Positions 7,891-17,547 of a stretch of DNA of 43,496 nt are shown piece by piece. Every line of letters begins with the position of its first letter. Positions within the stretch are counted from its first letter, which is position 1. The notes beneath the pieces were generated by a model that was not told the origin of the DNA, searched no databases, and worked only from the letters and a program-made list of their open reading frames with translations. The DNA comes from Actinomycetota bacterium (lineage in GTDB: Bacteria > Actinomycetota > AC-67), in the NCBI GenBank assembly GCA_035307625.1, contig DATGHY010000315.1:1-43496 (forward strand), read 5' to 3'. A program made the translations under genes and the position numbers.

Positions 7891-9171
7891 TTAGAAGCCG
7901 ACGCTGCGCCTGTTCAGGTCGAGCTTCTGGCACGTGATGATCTGGTTCAGGTCGAGCGGGGCGTCCGGTAACACCGGAACGCTGAAATCCGGATGTTGGA
8001 AGTTGAAGAATTCCAACATCGGATCCGCGGCTGCATCGCGCGCCGTTAATGGCGGCAGGCCGAATCGTTTCTCGATGAAAGCCAAGATCGACGTGTGATC
8101 GTGCACGACGTGCGAAACGAAGTGTCTCTTCGCGTACGGTGAGACAACGATCATAGGGACGCGGAATCCGTAGCGATCGAGCGAGCCGTCCGTGCCGATG
8201 TTGTCCGGTGGGACGGCTGCCGGCGGGGGGACGTGATCGTAGAAGCCGCCGTGCTCGTCGTAGGTGAAGAACAGCGCTGTCGATGCCCAGCTCGGGCTCT
8301 GCATCAGAGAGTTGATGATGGTCGACGAGTATTTCTCTCCGACCTGGATGTTCGTCGTTGGATGCTCGTCGGTCTCCGTGTTGTTCGATCCGACGAAAAC
8401 CGGGTCGACGAACGACACCTGCGGAAGGTTCCCGGTGGCGGCGTCTATGAAGTACTGCGTGATCGGGAAGAGGTGCCCCACGGCGTGCGCGCGCACATAG
8501 CTGAAGATCGCTGCGAACGGTACCTCGGTGAAATACACGCGCCAGGAGATGTGCGCGGCGTCGAGCTCTTCGAAGATCGTCTTCTGGCTGAACGAGCCCA
8601 GGGGATCACTGGTGGGGAAGTCGTTGCTCGTGTGGCCGAATGGCGTCGCAGCGAGCAGGAAGAATCGGTTTGGGAATGTCGGCCCCAGCTCCGAGGCGAA
8701 GTAACGGTCGCCGATCGCGAACGTGTCGGCCAGCTTGTAGTAGTAGGGGATCTCCGCTTGCGTGTGATACCCCATCGCTCTGCTGCCGGTTGGGTCGAAC
8801 GATGAGTCGACGTTCGCTTTCGTGAAGCCGTCCATCTTCCCGTTGTCGAATTCCGCGTGTGAACCATCCACGGAGTGATTGAGATCGGAAACTTCGCACG
8901 CGTTTGTTTGATGGAATGCTGCGATCGGGGGGGCGCTCGCGTTGAGCGGATTCGGGTTCGACGCGCTTGCCGGTTCGGCTTCTACGTCGAGCGTCGGGTC
9001 GTACGCTTTCAGATGACCGAAGTATGAATCGAACGTGCGATTCTCTTGCATCACGACAACGACATGTTTGATCGATGTGGCGGTTGCAGGTGTTGCCGGC
9101 GCAACGGCCGTGATCGAAGCGCCGATCGCGATGGCGACGACGAACGCGGCGAGATGAGTGCGACGGGGCAC
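7891..9171 (-). CDS. Phosphoesterase family protein (phospholipase C / acid phosphatase AcpA-like), probably Tat-exported
   Basis: Hallmark motif is VVVMQENRTFDSYFG. I chose the GTG at 9171 because GGGAGGGAGAG lies about 5 nt upstream. The resulting N-terminus VPRRTHLAAFVVAIAIGA has a twin-arginine-like signal. Confidence 0.9.
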   Translation of the reverse strand: MPRRTHLAAFVVAIAIGASITAVAPATPATATSIKHVVVVMQENRTFDSYFGHLKAYDPTLDVEAEPASASNPNPLNASAPPIAAFHQTNACEVSDLNHSVDGSHAEFDNGKMDGFTKANVDSSFDPTGSRAMGYHTQAEIPYYYKLADTFAIGDRYFASELGPTFPNRFFLLAATPFGHTSNDFPTSDPLGSFSQKTIFEELDAAHISWRVYFTEVPFAAIFSYVRAHAVGHLFPITQYFIDAATGNLPQVSFVDPVFVGSNNTETDEHPTTNIQVGEKYSSTIINSLMQSPSWASTALFFTYDEHGGFYDHVPPPAAVPPDNIGTDGSLDRYGFRVPMIVVSPYAKRHFVSHVVHDHTSILAFIEKRFGLPPLTARDAAADPMLEFFNFQHPDFSVPVLPDAPLDLNQIITCQKLDLNRRSVGF

Positions 9172-9284
9172 TGGTCTCTCCCTCCCATATGCGGTTTGCC
9201 AGGAACCTTCTCCCAGTCGCGGCGCGAAACCTTCGTGCGGACGAACTGTTTGCTTCGGGTTCACCTCAGCGCAGGCCGCCCGAT

Positions 9285-9836
9285 ATGGTTTTGTCCGATA
9301 TGCCGTTCGGCTTCAGGCGTTCGTTGAAGATCGCAGGCCCGCTCCGTCTCAATCTCTCCAAGTCGGGGCTCGGGTTGTCACTCGGCGTTCCCGGACTGCA
9401 CATCGGAAGAGGCCCGCGTGGTTCGTATCTCCGAGCAGGCCTGCCGGGAACCGGCATCTATTACCGAAAATCGCTCGGGAACCGGCCGGTGCGGACGCGC
9501 GCGCCGGCGAAACGGGATATCGACTCGCATTGGATGCAGGCGGTCAAAGCGCTGCTGAGCGGCGACGCCACGAGCTGTCTTGCGATCCTCGATCGCGTGA
9601 AGCCGGGGAAAGGCCCGGCCGTCCACGTCGAGGTTGGCGATGACGTTGTCGTGACGATCGCGCCCGATCCGTGTGGGATCGCGGTGTTACGGGCAGAAGC
9701 TCTTGAGCGCCTCGGCCGCGTCGATGAGGCCTTGGCCGTCGTTGAACAAGCGGGGAGCGATCAGAACTGTCACGTCGGCCGAGTTGTGGCCGCTGAGCTG
9801 CGAGAACAGCACGGTGGAACGACCTCCCAGGCGTGA
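9285..9836 (+). CDS. DUF4236 domain protein
   Basis: MPFGFRRSLKIAGPLRLNLSKSGLGLSLGVPGLHIGRGPRGSYL..GLPGTGIYYRK is the DUF4236 signature. The start is ambiguous between the ATGs at 9285 and 9300. Confidence 0.8.
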   Translation: MVLSDMPFGFRRSLKIAGPLRLNLSKSGLGLSLGVPGLHIGRGPRGSYLRAGLPGTGIYYRKSLGNRPVRTRAPAKRDIDSHWMQAVKALLSGDATSCLAILDRVKPGKGPAVHVEVGDDVVVTIAPDPCGIAVLRAEALERLGRVDEALAVVEQAGSDQNCHVGRVVAAELREQHGGTTSQA

Positions 9837-9879
9837 GCAGCGAAGGACACCTTGTGATCGTGTCGAATAGGGGAGGCTA

Positions 9880-10542
9880 GTGAGCAGAGCCCGGGAACAG
9901 CGCTTCCGGACCGTCGCGGCCATGGTCGCCGGCGTGTTCGTCGTGGGCGCTGTCACTGTCGGCATCGCGCACGCCTACTACGGCGGCGAGCGGAGCGCGC
10001 AGATCAGCCAGGGGTACGTTCGCGCGCCGGTCGACTGGGTGCCCGCGGAAACGTTCACGACGGCAGCTGCTGCGCGCGCGCGCACCACGACCGCGAAGGT
10101 GCAGAAAGCATCCAAGCCGATCTTCATCCCTTCGCTGCCGAACCTCGGCGGCATCAACCCGAAGCGGCTCGGCTTCCAGTGGCCGGTGCACGGATACCAC
10201 GGGATCACATCGCCGTTCGGTCCGCGCAACGGATCGTTCCACCACGGCGCCGACATCGCATGCGGCATGGGCCAGCCCTTATACGCATCGCGCACCGGTC
10301 GCGTCGTGTTCGCAGGCGATGCTGGAAGTGCGTATGGCAACACCGTCGCGATCGATCACGGCAACACGTACATGACCGTGTACGCGCACATGACGCACGT
10401 CATCGCGAGGGTCGGCCAGGTCGTGAAGACGGGTTGGGAGATCGGCACGTGCGGTATGACCGGCAACGCGACGGGCCCGCACGTGCACTTCGAGATGCGC
10501 TACGACGGATACGTGTGGGATCCGCTGCTCTTCCTTCCCTAA
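9880..10542 (+). CDS. M23 family metallopeptidase (LytM-like)
   Basis: GGGGAGG SD before the GTG. Motifs are FQWPVHG..ITSPFGPR...HHGADIA, GNTVAIDHGN..TVYAHM and GNATGPHVHFEMR. Confidence 0.9.
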   Translation: MSRAREQRFRTVAAMVAGVFVVGAVTVGIAHAYYGGERSAQISQGYVRAPVDWVPAETFTTAAAARARTTTAKVQKASKPIFIPSLPNLGGINPKRLGFQWPVHGYHGITSPFGPRNGSFHHGADIACGMGQPLYASRTGRVVFAGDAGSAYGNTVAIDHGNTYMTVYAHMTHVIARVGQVVKTGWEIGTCGMTGNATGPHVHFEMRYDGYVWDPLLFLP

Positions 10543-10719
10543 CACCTCGATCTTCGGTCAGCTTCCAAGTCTTGGTTGAGCCTTGCCAAGTCCTGTCATG
10601 AAAACGCGTACACCCACGCAAATGCGCTACTCAAGTTGGCGCCACTGACGGACGAAACGTGTTGGGGTCCTTCCTAGGCTCCCGCACAACCGCCCGTTCC
10701 CCCGAGCCCATTCCAGAAA

Positions 10720-11409
10720 ATGCAAACACGTCGATCTCTGCGCGCGCGCCCACTCGTGTTCCTCGCCATCGCTTCTCTCTCTGTACCGACAGTCGCGATG
10801 CTTCCCGCCGTCGCCCTCGAAGGGGTCGCTTCTCGTTCGAGCTCCACGAGCTTTGTCGTTCCGATCCCCCAGGAGCACATCGACGTGATCGTTCGACCGA
10901 AGCCAAAGGCGAAGTCGAACGCGAAACCGAGTCGCGTCGTCGCGCGGAATCGGAACATCCCTCACGCGAAGAAGCCGCGCTCGACGCCGGCCCTGCGGCT
11001 CGGTTTCTCGTGGCCGGTTACGAAGAACGTGATCACCTCACCATTCGGATGGCGGCCGTTCGTCGTGACGCCGGGCGAAAAAGGCCCACATCCCGCGCGG
11101 GAGTTCCATCACGGAATGGACATCGCGTGTTCTTTGGATCAACCGGTGACGGCCGCGAAGGGCGGACGCGTGATCCTCGCGGGAACGAACAATCTCTATT
11201 ACGGCAAGTTCGTCGTGATCCAACATGCGGGTGGGTGGTCGACGCTGTACGGGCACCTCGACAAGCTCCGCACGCGAACGGGCAGAGAGGTTTCGTCAGG
11301 TGCTCTCATCGGCTTGTGCGGATCCACGGGGCGCGCGGACGGTGTTCACTTGCACTTCGAGGTTCGGCACCTCGGGAGCTTCTTCAATCCGATCTACTTC
11401 CTGCCGTAG
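10720..11409 (+). CDS. M23 family metallopeptidase (LytM-like), tandem paralog
   Basis: Signal peptide present. Motifs are FSWPV...ITSPFGWR...HHGMDIA, VVIQHAGGWSTLYGHL and GRADGVHLHFEVR. Confidence 0.9.
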   Translation: MQTRRSLRARPLVFLAIASLSVPTVAMLPAVALEGVASRSSSTSFVVPIPQEHIDVIVRPKPKAKSNAKPSRVVARNRNIPHAKKPRSTPALRLGFSWPVTKNVITSPFGWRPFVVTPGEKGPHPAREFHHGMDIACSLDQPVTAAKGGRVILAGTNNLYYGKFVVIQHAGGWSTLYGHLDKLRTRTGREVSSGALIGLCGSTGRADGVHLHFEVRHLGSFFNPIYFLP

Positions 11410-12240
11410 CTACTTGATCAGCCGCGACATACGGCGATCGGCCAGGATCTTGCCGCCCGTCTGACACTCGGGGCAGTAGGTCACCTCGTGCGACTCGTAC
11501 GACACGCGTCGCAGATCGGCTCCGCACCGTGGGCATGGCGTTCCGTACTTCCCGTGCACGATCCAGTGGTCGCCCACTTTCGCAGGCAGCCCACCCGTGC
11601 GTTTCCTTTCCTCGAGCAGCCCTTCGGCCAACACCTCTTGAACGGACGCGAGCAGCATCTCGCGTTGTTCTTCAGACAAAGAGGCAAGTGACGCGTACGG
11701 GGAGAGGCGCGCGCGATGCAAGATGTCGTCGGAGTACCCGCGACCGATGCCTGCGACCGTGTGCTGGTCGCGAAGCATCGTGTGCACGCGACGCGCGTCT
11801 GCCCCGGTCCGGATCAGGTCGGCGAACTCCTTCGAATCCGGCTCGGGGCCCAGCGCAGCGAGAGGTCCCTCTTCGCCGGGCGCCAGCACCCACCACGCCG
11901 CTTTGCGCTCGGTGCCGAATTCCTTCACGAGCAGCCCGCTCTTCGCGAACACGAACCGCACCACCGAGCCTTTGGCGCGCGTCGTTTTCGATGGCTTCTC
12001 GATGTCGATCCGGCCGCCTTGCGAAAGGTGCACGAGAACGCGCGCGCGCTCCAGCTCCATCACGAGGAACTTGCCCCGGCGTCCGACGCTCGTCAGGCGC
12101 TGTCCGTTCAGCGTGTCGTACATCGGCGCGACGGTCTTGAGCGCCGAGAACTGGAGCGGCATAACCCGCTCGATGCGCGCGCCGCCGAAGGCGGCGTCGA
12201 GGCGCTCGGACAACGCTTGCATCTCGGGGAGCTCGGGCAC
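11410..12240 (-). CDS. Fpg/Nei family DNA glycosylase/AP lyase
   Basis: A GTG start at 12240 gives the N-terminus (M)PELPEM, with the catalytic Pro at position 2. The C-terminal zinc finger is CPRCG...CPECQ. The track start at 12414 would add a non-homologous 58-aa extension. Confidence 0.9.
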   Translation of the reverse strand: MPELPEMQALSERLDAAFGGARIERVMPLQFSALKTVAPMYDTLNGQRLTSVGRRGKFLVMELERARVLVHLSQGGRIDIEKPSKTTRAKGSVVRFVFAKSGLLVKEFGTERKAAWWVLAPGEEGPLAALGPEPDSKEFADLIRTGADARRVHTMLRDQHTVAGIGRGYSDDILHRARLSPYASLASLSEEQREMLLASVQEVLAEGLLEERKRTGGLPAKVGDHWIVHGKYGTPCPRCGADLRRVSYESHEVTYCPECQTGGKILADRRMSRLIK

Positions 12241-12415
12241 GACGCCATCGTAGCGATGTCCGTTGCGTCCGGATTGTTCGAACAGGGGAGCGTGCGATGT
12301 CCGATTCGGCAGTTTTTCGGAGCAAGATTCCGAGGATGTTCGGGAGAAAAGGCCGGGAAGTGGGAGGGGCGACGAACCGGCCCGGCGAATGTTGTCTCCG
12401 AAGGAAGGAGACACG

Positions 12416-12559
12416 ATGGTTACTTGGGTGCTCGTTGAAGAACCGACGTTCGAAGTAGCACGCGCGATCGAGATCGTTGAATACCGCCTGAACTCCGACC
12501 CAGAAGCGGTGCAATGGATCTGCGCGCACCTGCCCGTCGTGGAGCCGGCGCAAGACTAG
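12416..12559 (+). CDS. Possible small ORF (47 aa), hypothetical
   Basis: ATG is preceded by AAGGAAGGAGAC. Product is MVTWVLVEEPTFEVARAIEIVEYRLNSDPEAVQWICAHLPVVEPAQD. GC3 appears lower than in neighbours and I recognise no family. Confidence 0.3.
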   Translation: MVTWVLVEEPTFEVARAIEIVEYRLNSDPEAVQWICAHLPVVEPAQD

Positions 12560-12703
12560 CCTCCACTCGCTTTCACCTCTCCACGCGCGCGCGCCCACAA
12601 GGCGCGCGCGTTCGGCTTCCGACGACATTCACGTGCCGGCTTGGTGTGCTGCCGCGAGCCCCGCCTATGCTTACCGCGCTCACGCACGCCCTGAGGAGAG
12701 CCG

Positions 12704-13921
12704 ATGGATTTCGCATTCAGCACGAAGGTGGAGGAGCTCCGCAAGAACCTCCTGGACTACATGGATCAGCACGTCTACCCGGCCGAGGCCGTCTACAGCG
12801 AGCAAGTGCGCGACTCGGGAAACCCGCACTTCTACCCGCCGGTTATGGACGATCTGAAGAAGGAGGCGCGATCGCGCGGTCTCTGGAATCTGTTCATGCC
12901 GGATACGCGCTACGGCGCCGGCCTGAGCAACCTCGAGTACGCCCCGCTGGCTGAGATCACCGGCCGGAGCCCGCACATCGCCCCCGAGTCGCTGAACTGC
13001 GCGGCGCCCGACACCGGCAACATGGAGATCCTCGCCGAGTACGGGACCGACGAACAGAAGGACGCATGGCTGAAGCCGCTCCTCGAAGGAGAGATCCGCT
13101 CGTGCTTCTCGATGACCGAGCCTGAGGTCGCTTCCTCGGACGCAAGCAACATCCAGGGTCGCATCGAGCGCGACGGCGATCATTACGTCATCAACGCACG
13201 CAAGTGGTGGTCCTCGGGTGCCGCCGACACACGATGCAAGATCGCGATCGTGATGGGCGTGACGAATCCCGACGCCGATCAATACCGGCGTCAATCGATG
13301 ATCCTCGTTCCTATGGATACGCCCGGCGTTCGGATCGTGCGCACGCTGCCGGTGTTCGGATACGACGAGGGCGGCGGCCATTGCGAGATCGAGTACAAGG
13401 ACGTTCGCGTTCCGGCTTCGAACCTGCTCGGTGAAGAGGGGAGCGGCTTCGCGATCGCGCAGGCGCGTCTCGGGCCGGGCCGTATACACCACTGCATGCG
13501 CGCGATCGGCATGGCCGAGCGAGCGTACGACCTCATGTGCAAGCGCGCGCTCACGCGCGTGGCGTTCGGCAAGCCGCTCGCGCGTCAGGGCGTCGTTCAG
13601 CAGCAGATCGCGCGCTCACGCATCGAGATCGAGCAGGCCCGGCTGCTCGTGCTGAAAGCCGCATGGTTGATGGATACGGTCGGGAAAGAGGGTGCGCGCG
13701 TCGAGATCTCTGCCATCAAGGTCGCCGCCCCGACCGTCATGCTCAACGTGCTCGATCGCGCGATCCAGATCCACGGTGCGGCCGGCGTGTCGGAAGATTT
13801 CCCCCTTGCCGCCATGTACGCGCACGGCAGGACGCTGCGCATCGCCGACGGCCCCGACGAGGTGCATGAGATGGTGATCGCGCGACGTGAGCTCGGCCGC
13901 TACCTCGAGGGCATGAAGTGA
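12704..13921 (+). CDS. Acyl-CoA dehydrogenase family protein
   Basis: GAGGAGAG SD. ACAD motifs are [31 protein letters not shown] and AIQIHGAAG, with the catalytic-base region near the C-terminus. Confidence 0.95.
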   Translation: MDFAFSTKVEELRKNLLDYMDQHVYPAEAVYSEQVRDSGNPHFYPPVMDDLKKEARSRGLWNLFMPDTRYGAGLSNLEYAPLAEITGRSPHIAPESLNCAAPDTGNMEILAEYGTDEQKDAWLKPLLEGEIRSCFSMTEPEVASSDASNIQGRIERDGDHYVINARKWWSSGAADTRCKIAIVMGVTNPDADQYRRQSMILVPMDTPGVRIVRTLPVFGYDEGGGHCEIEYKDVRVPASNLLGEEGSGFAIAQARLGPGRIHHCMRAIGMAERAYDLMCKRALTRVAFGKPLARQGVVQQQIARSRIEIEQARLLVLKAAWLMDTVGKEGARVEISAIKVAAPTVMLNVLDRAIQIHGAAGVSEDFPLAAMYAHGRTLRIADGPDEVHEMVIARRELGRYLEGMK

Positions 13922-14958
13922 GCGACGAGCTCGTCGATCCGGTCGCCCTCGCGAAGTTCTTCGGGTCGGAAGCGCCTGAGTTCGCCGGCGACTTCACCGT
14001 CGAGCGCATCGGTGAAGGCCAGTCGTGCTTGACGTTCCTCGTGACCGGCGACGGGTGGCGCGTCGTCCTGCGACGTCCTCCGCGCGGCGACCTTCCGCCC
14101 TCCGCGTTCGACGTCACCCGCGAGTATCGGGTGATGCGCGCGCTGCACGACCACAAGGCGCCCGTCCCCGTTCCCCGGCCGATCGCGTTGTGCGAAGACA
14201 AGGAAGTCATCGGTGCCCCGTTCTACTTGATGGAGAGCGTCGACGGCTTCGTGGTCCGCGACTCGTTGCCGGAGCCATTGTCCTCGCTCGACGATCGCGC
14301 GCGCATGAGCGACGGGCTGGTCGACACGCTCGTCGACCTGCACGCCGTCGACTACGCGGCCGTCGATCTCGCGTCCTTTGGGAAGCCGGCGGGCTACCTT
14401 GAGCGTCAGCTTCGCCGGATGAACCAGCTCTGGGAATTGGCCCGTTTCCGCGAGCAGCCCGATATCGAGGCCGTCGGGGAGTGGCTCTCCGCGAACGTGC
14501 CGGAGCAGACCGAAGCGTCGATCGTGCACGGCGACTTCAAGCTCGACAACGTGATCCTCGCGCCGACGTCGCCGGCGACGCTCATCGCAGTCGTCGACTG
14601 GGAGATGTCGACGCTCGGCGACCCGCTTGCAGACATCGGCTGGCTGCTCTACTTCTGGTTCCAAGACGGCGACGAGCGATTCCGCGGTCCGGGCGCCGGA
14701 GCCGTCACCGACCTCGAAGGCTTCCCGCGCCGCGCGGATCTGCTTCGCCGGTACACCGAACGCTCGGGCCGCGACGTGCGCGCGATCGATTGGTACGTCG
14801 CGATGGCCGGGTGGAAGATCGCGATCATCATGGAAGGGTCGTACCGTCGTTACCTGGGCGGCGTCACCGACCATCCGACGTTCGCGCGCCTCGAGGAGGG
14901 TGTGCCCGCACTCGCACGCAGGGCTGCGAGAGCCATGCGTAGAGAGTTCGCGCTCTAG
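13918..14958 (+). CDS. Phosphotransferase (APH/choline-kinase-like) family protein
   Basis: GTGA start/stop overlap with the ACAD gene. Motifs are [15 protein letters not shown], the Brenner-like [13 protein letters not shown] and [15 protein letters not shown]. Confidence 0.9.
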   Translation: MSDELVDPVALAKFFGSEAPEFAGDFTVERIGEGQSCLTFLVTGDGWRVVLRRPPRGDLPPSAFDVTREYRVMRALHDHKAPVPVPRPIALCEDKEVIGAPFYLMESVDGFVVRDSLPEPLSSLDDRARMSDGLVDTLVDLHAVDYAAVDLASFGKPAGYLERQLRRMNQLWELARFREQPDIEAVGEWLSANVPEQTEASIVHGDFKLDNVILAPTSPATLIAVVDWEMSTLGDPLADIGWLLYFWFQDGDERFRGPGAGAVTDLEGFPRRADLLRRYTERSGRDVRAIDWYVAMAGWKIAIIMEGSYRRYLGGVTDHPTFARLEEGVPALARRAARAMRREFAL

Positions 14959-16619
14959 GCGCCGTCGACCCGGACGACGCGCTGTGGCCTGCGCGCGCTG
15001 CTTGTCGCCTTGCGGGTTGTCGTCGGTGCCGCCTTCTTGGTCTGCGAGCGAGGGATGCGCGCCGGCAGCACCAAGCTGAAGGTGCTCCCGCTGCCTTGCT
15101 CGGACACGATGTCGACTCGGCCACCGTGGGCCTCCGCAACCCGGCGGACGAACGCCAGACCGATGCCCAGCCCGCCGAACCGCCGCGTCGCGGAGCCGTC
15201 CACCTGATGGAAGTCTTCGAAGACGGCTTCGCGCTTCATCGGGTCGATCCCGATCCCTTGGTCCGCGACCGAGATCGCGATCGTCGGCTTCGACTCATGC
15301 GTCAACCGTTCAACGGCGATCGTCACGATGCCGCCGTCCGGCGAGAACTTGATCGCGTTGTCGATCAGCTCGTCGATCGAGTTCCGCAACAGCGCCGACC
15401 CGGCCGCGATCGGCTCGATCTGGTCGCCGGTGCGTGCTGTGATCACGTGGCTCGCCGAACGGTCGCTCCACCGATCCGCCGCGTCGCGAACGAGTTCTGC
15501 GATATCCACGCGCTCTGAGTCGATGCGCGCGTTCCCGCCGTCGAGCGCAGCGACGTCGATCAACAGGTCAACGACGCGGTCGAGCCGCTCGCATGCCTCA
15601 ACGATCGCACCCACGAACGCCCCTTGCTGTGTCGCGGAAAGCTCGCGGCGCTGCAGGAGACGCGCGAAACCCAGCGCAGACGCCAACGGTGTCCGAAGCT
15701 CGTGCGAGATGTTCGACAGGAACTCTTCCTTCATGCGGTCGAGCGCACGCTCCTTGCGGAGATCGCGCACGAGGAACACGTGACCGACGAGCTTCTTCTC
15801 CGCGTGCACCGGCGCGGCCGCGATGCCGACCGGCAGCCCGCCATCGAGCGTCCCCGTGGTTCCGCTCGCGTAGTCCGCCGTCGACCGCATCCACGACTCG
15901 AGCGTGATGCCGCTCCGCTCCGACCCACGGATGAATCGGGAGACGAGCGACCCGCGAGTTTCCCCGGCGGCGCCGAGCATCTCCGAGGCGGCCGCGTTCA
16001 TGGCGCGGATCTCATTCTTCTCGTCGGTAACGACGATCGCATCGGGAACGACGCTCATCACGGCCGCCAGTTGTGCATCGGCCGCTACGTTCGCACTACG
16101 GCTTGCGCGTTTCCGGCCCACCCGGATGCCCATCCAGATCTCGATGATGAGCGCGAAGACGCAGAACGCTGCGAACGCAACGCGCGCCGGCGTGTTGATC
16201 CACGTGAAGATCTCCGCAATGCGCAAGAGCTCCCTCCTTGAATCCGTCTTCGCCTTGCCTGAAGTAGGTGATGTGGTTCGGGTGTTCGGTTGGCTCGTTG
16301 CCCCTCGAACCGTTGCCGGACGAGCAGCCGGTTGGGAGGCCGTCGTCGTCGACCCCTTCGATCCCAGACCCTGACCGTTCGCGCTCGGCTTCGGCGGGAT
16401 ACCGCTCGTCGCCGGCGAGGGCACCGGCGCGGTGCCCGACGAGGGACAGACCGGCCCGACGTTCAGCAGTCCCGTTTGGACGCCGCCGGACAAGACGCCG
16501 CCGAGGACCGGCAACGGGGTCGCGACGCTGCAGACGGGATCGGCCGAGGCAGGCGTGATGAGCAGCGCAAATGCACCGGCAAGGACGAGCAAGGCGACGC
16601 CGAATCCCGCGCGCTTCAT
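14955..16619 (-). CDS. Sensor histidine kinase (TM - low-complexity exo-region - TM - PAS-like - HisKA - HATPase_c)
   Basis: H-box FLSNISHELRTPL. N/G boxes are DNAIKFSP, DQGIGI and GGLGIGLAF. The start is uncertain: ATG at 16619, or alternatively GTG at 16634 or the track start at 16721. Confidence 0.9.
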   Translation of the reverse strand: MKRAGFGVALLVLAGAFALLITPASADPVCSVATPLPVLGGVLSGGVQTGLLNVGPVCPSSGTAPVPSPATSGIPPKPSANGQGLGSKGSTTTASQPAARPATVRGATSQPNTRTTSPTSGKAKTDSRRELLRIAEIFTWINTPARVAFAAFCVFALIIEIWMGIRVGRKRASRSANVAADAQLAAVMSVVPDAIVVTDEKNEIRAMNAAASEMLGAAGETRGSLVSRFIRGSERSGITLESWMRSTADYASGTTGTLDGGLPVGIAAAPVHAEKKLVGHVFLVRDLRKERALDRMKEEFLSNISHELRTPLASALGFARLLQRRELSATQQGAFVGAIVEACERLDRVVDLLIDVAALDGGNARIDSERVDIAELVRDAADRWSDRSASHVITARTGDQIEPIAAGSALLRNSIDELIDNAIKFSPDGGIVTIAVERLTHESKPTIAISVADQGIGIDPMKREAVFEDFHQVDGSATRRFGGLGIGLAFVRRVAEAHGGRVDIVSEQGSGSTFSLVLPARIPRSQTKKAAPTTTRKATSSARRPQRVVRVDGA

Positions 16620-16756
16620 GGCCTCCAGCGTGACCGGTTCGCCCCAGATAATCCATGCCCCGCACGGACCAAACAGTCGTAGTTCCCAATGACTAATCGG
16701 TGAGCACGGAAAGCCACCCAAATGGGTCCAGGTTGCGCGTTGAGATAAGGAAGGAA

Positions 16757-17188
16757 ATGACCGTATCTCGTGCTCTCAGGGTGGGGAAACCATTAAAGGT
16801 GATCATGTATCCGAGCGTGCATATCTGTCTGCCGAGCGACTTCCGCGCGGCTCGAGCAGCCCGTCAGTCGATGCGGTCGCTCGAGGGGTATGTGCCGTCC
16901 GAGATGATCCAGGATCTGAACTTGCTCGTGAGCGAGCTGGTGACCAACAGCGTGAAGCACGGTTCGCTGGTTCGCGATCAGGCGATCGAGATCGACGCGA
17001 ACCCGACCGGCCACGGGATCCGGATCGAAGTTTCGAATCCTGGCCGAGCGGAGCTGACGAACAGCATTGAGCTTCGTCCGCGGGAATCCGGTTGGGGACT
17101 GTTGCTCGTGACGAAGATCGCATCGCGTTGGGGCGTCACGACGAACGGGTCGACGATGATCTGGTTCGAGATCGATCTCAGAGTCTGA
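16757..17188 (+). CDS. ATP-binding protein, HATPase_c_2 (RsbW/SpoIIAB-like anti-sigma Ser kinase fold)
   Basis: LLVSELVTNSVKHG, IRIEVSNPG and ESGWGLLLVTKIASRWG are present. ATG at 16757 is preceded by AAGGAAGGAA. Alternative starts are 16700 and 16805. Confidence 0.75.
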   Translation: MTVSRALRVGKPLKVIMYPSVHICLPSDFRAARAARQSMRSLEGYVPSEMIQDLNLLVSELVTNSVKHGSLVRDQAIEIDANPTGHGIRIEVSNPGRAELTNSIELRPRESGWGLLLVTKIASRWGVTTNGSTMIWFEIDLRV

Positions 17189-17547
17189 CGGGATCCGCTC
17201 GTACGTTGCTTGCGCAATGGTTAGTCGGCAGGCCCCGAATCAACCCAAGCTGGTCGCGCGAGTAGTGCCCGCGAGTCATAGAAACAAGGGCAACTCGTGC
17301 GGAGACCGCAGAACGCCTGAGCGCAATTGATCACGCGCGCGCCCTCGAATCCTGTGCGATTGGCCCTGTTGACAACTGCCTCTTCTCTTTAGCGTGACGC
17401 TGCACTCCCAGCGATTTCCATCGAACAGCAAGGGGAGGTGACAGCGCACATCCGTCGCAGCAGCGATCGCGCGCGATCACGAGTCGCGGCGAATGGTCGA
17501 AGAAGTTCTTCCGCAGGATCTGCGGAGACGGGGGGACGGGGATAGCA

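Noticed and set aside
14955-14958. Overlapping convergent stop codons (CTAG here; also TTAG at 22879-22882), leaving no room for terminators
   Set aside because: This is common in compact high-GC genomes and not evidence of anything unusual by itself.
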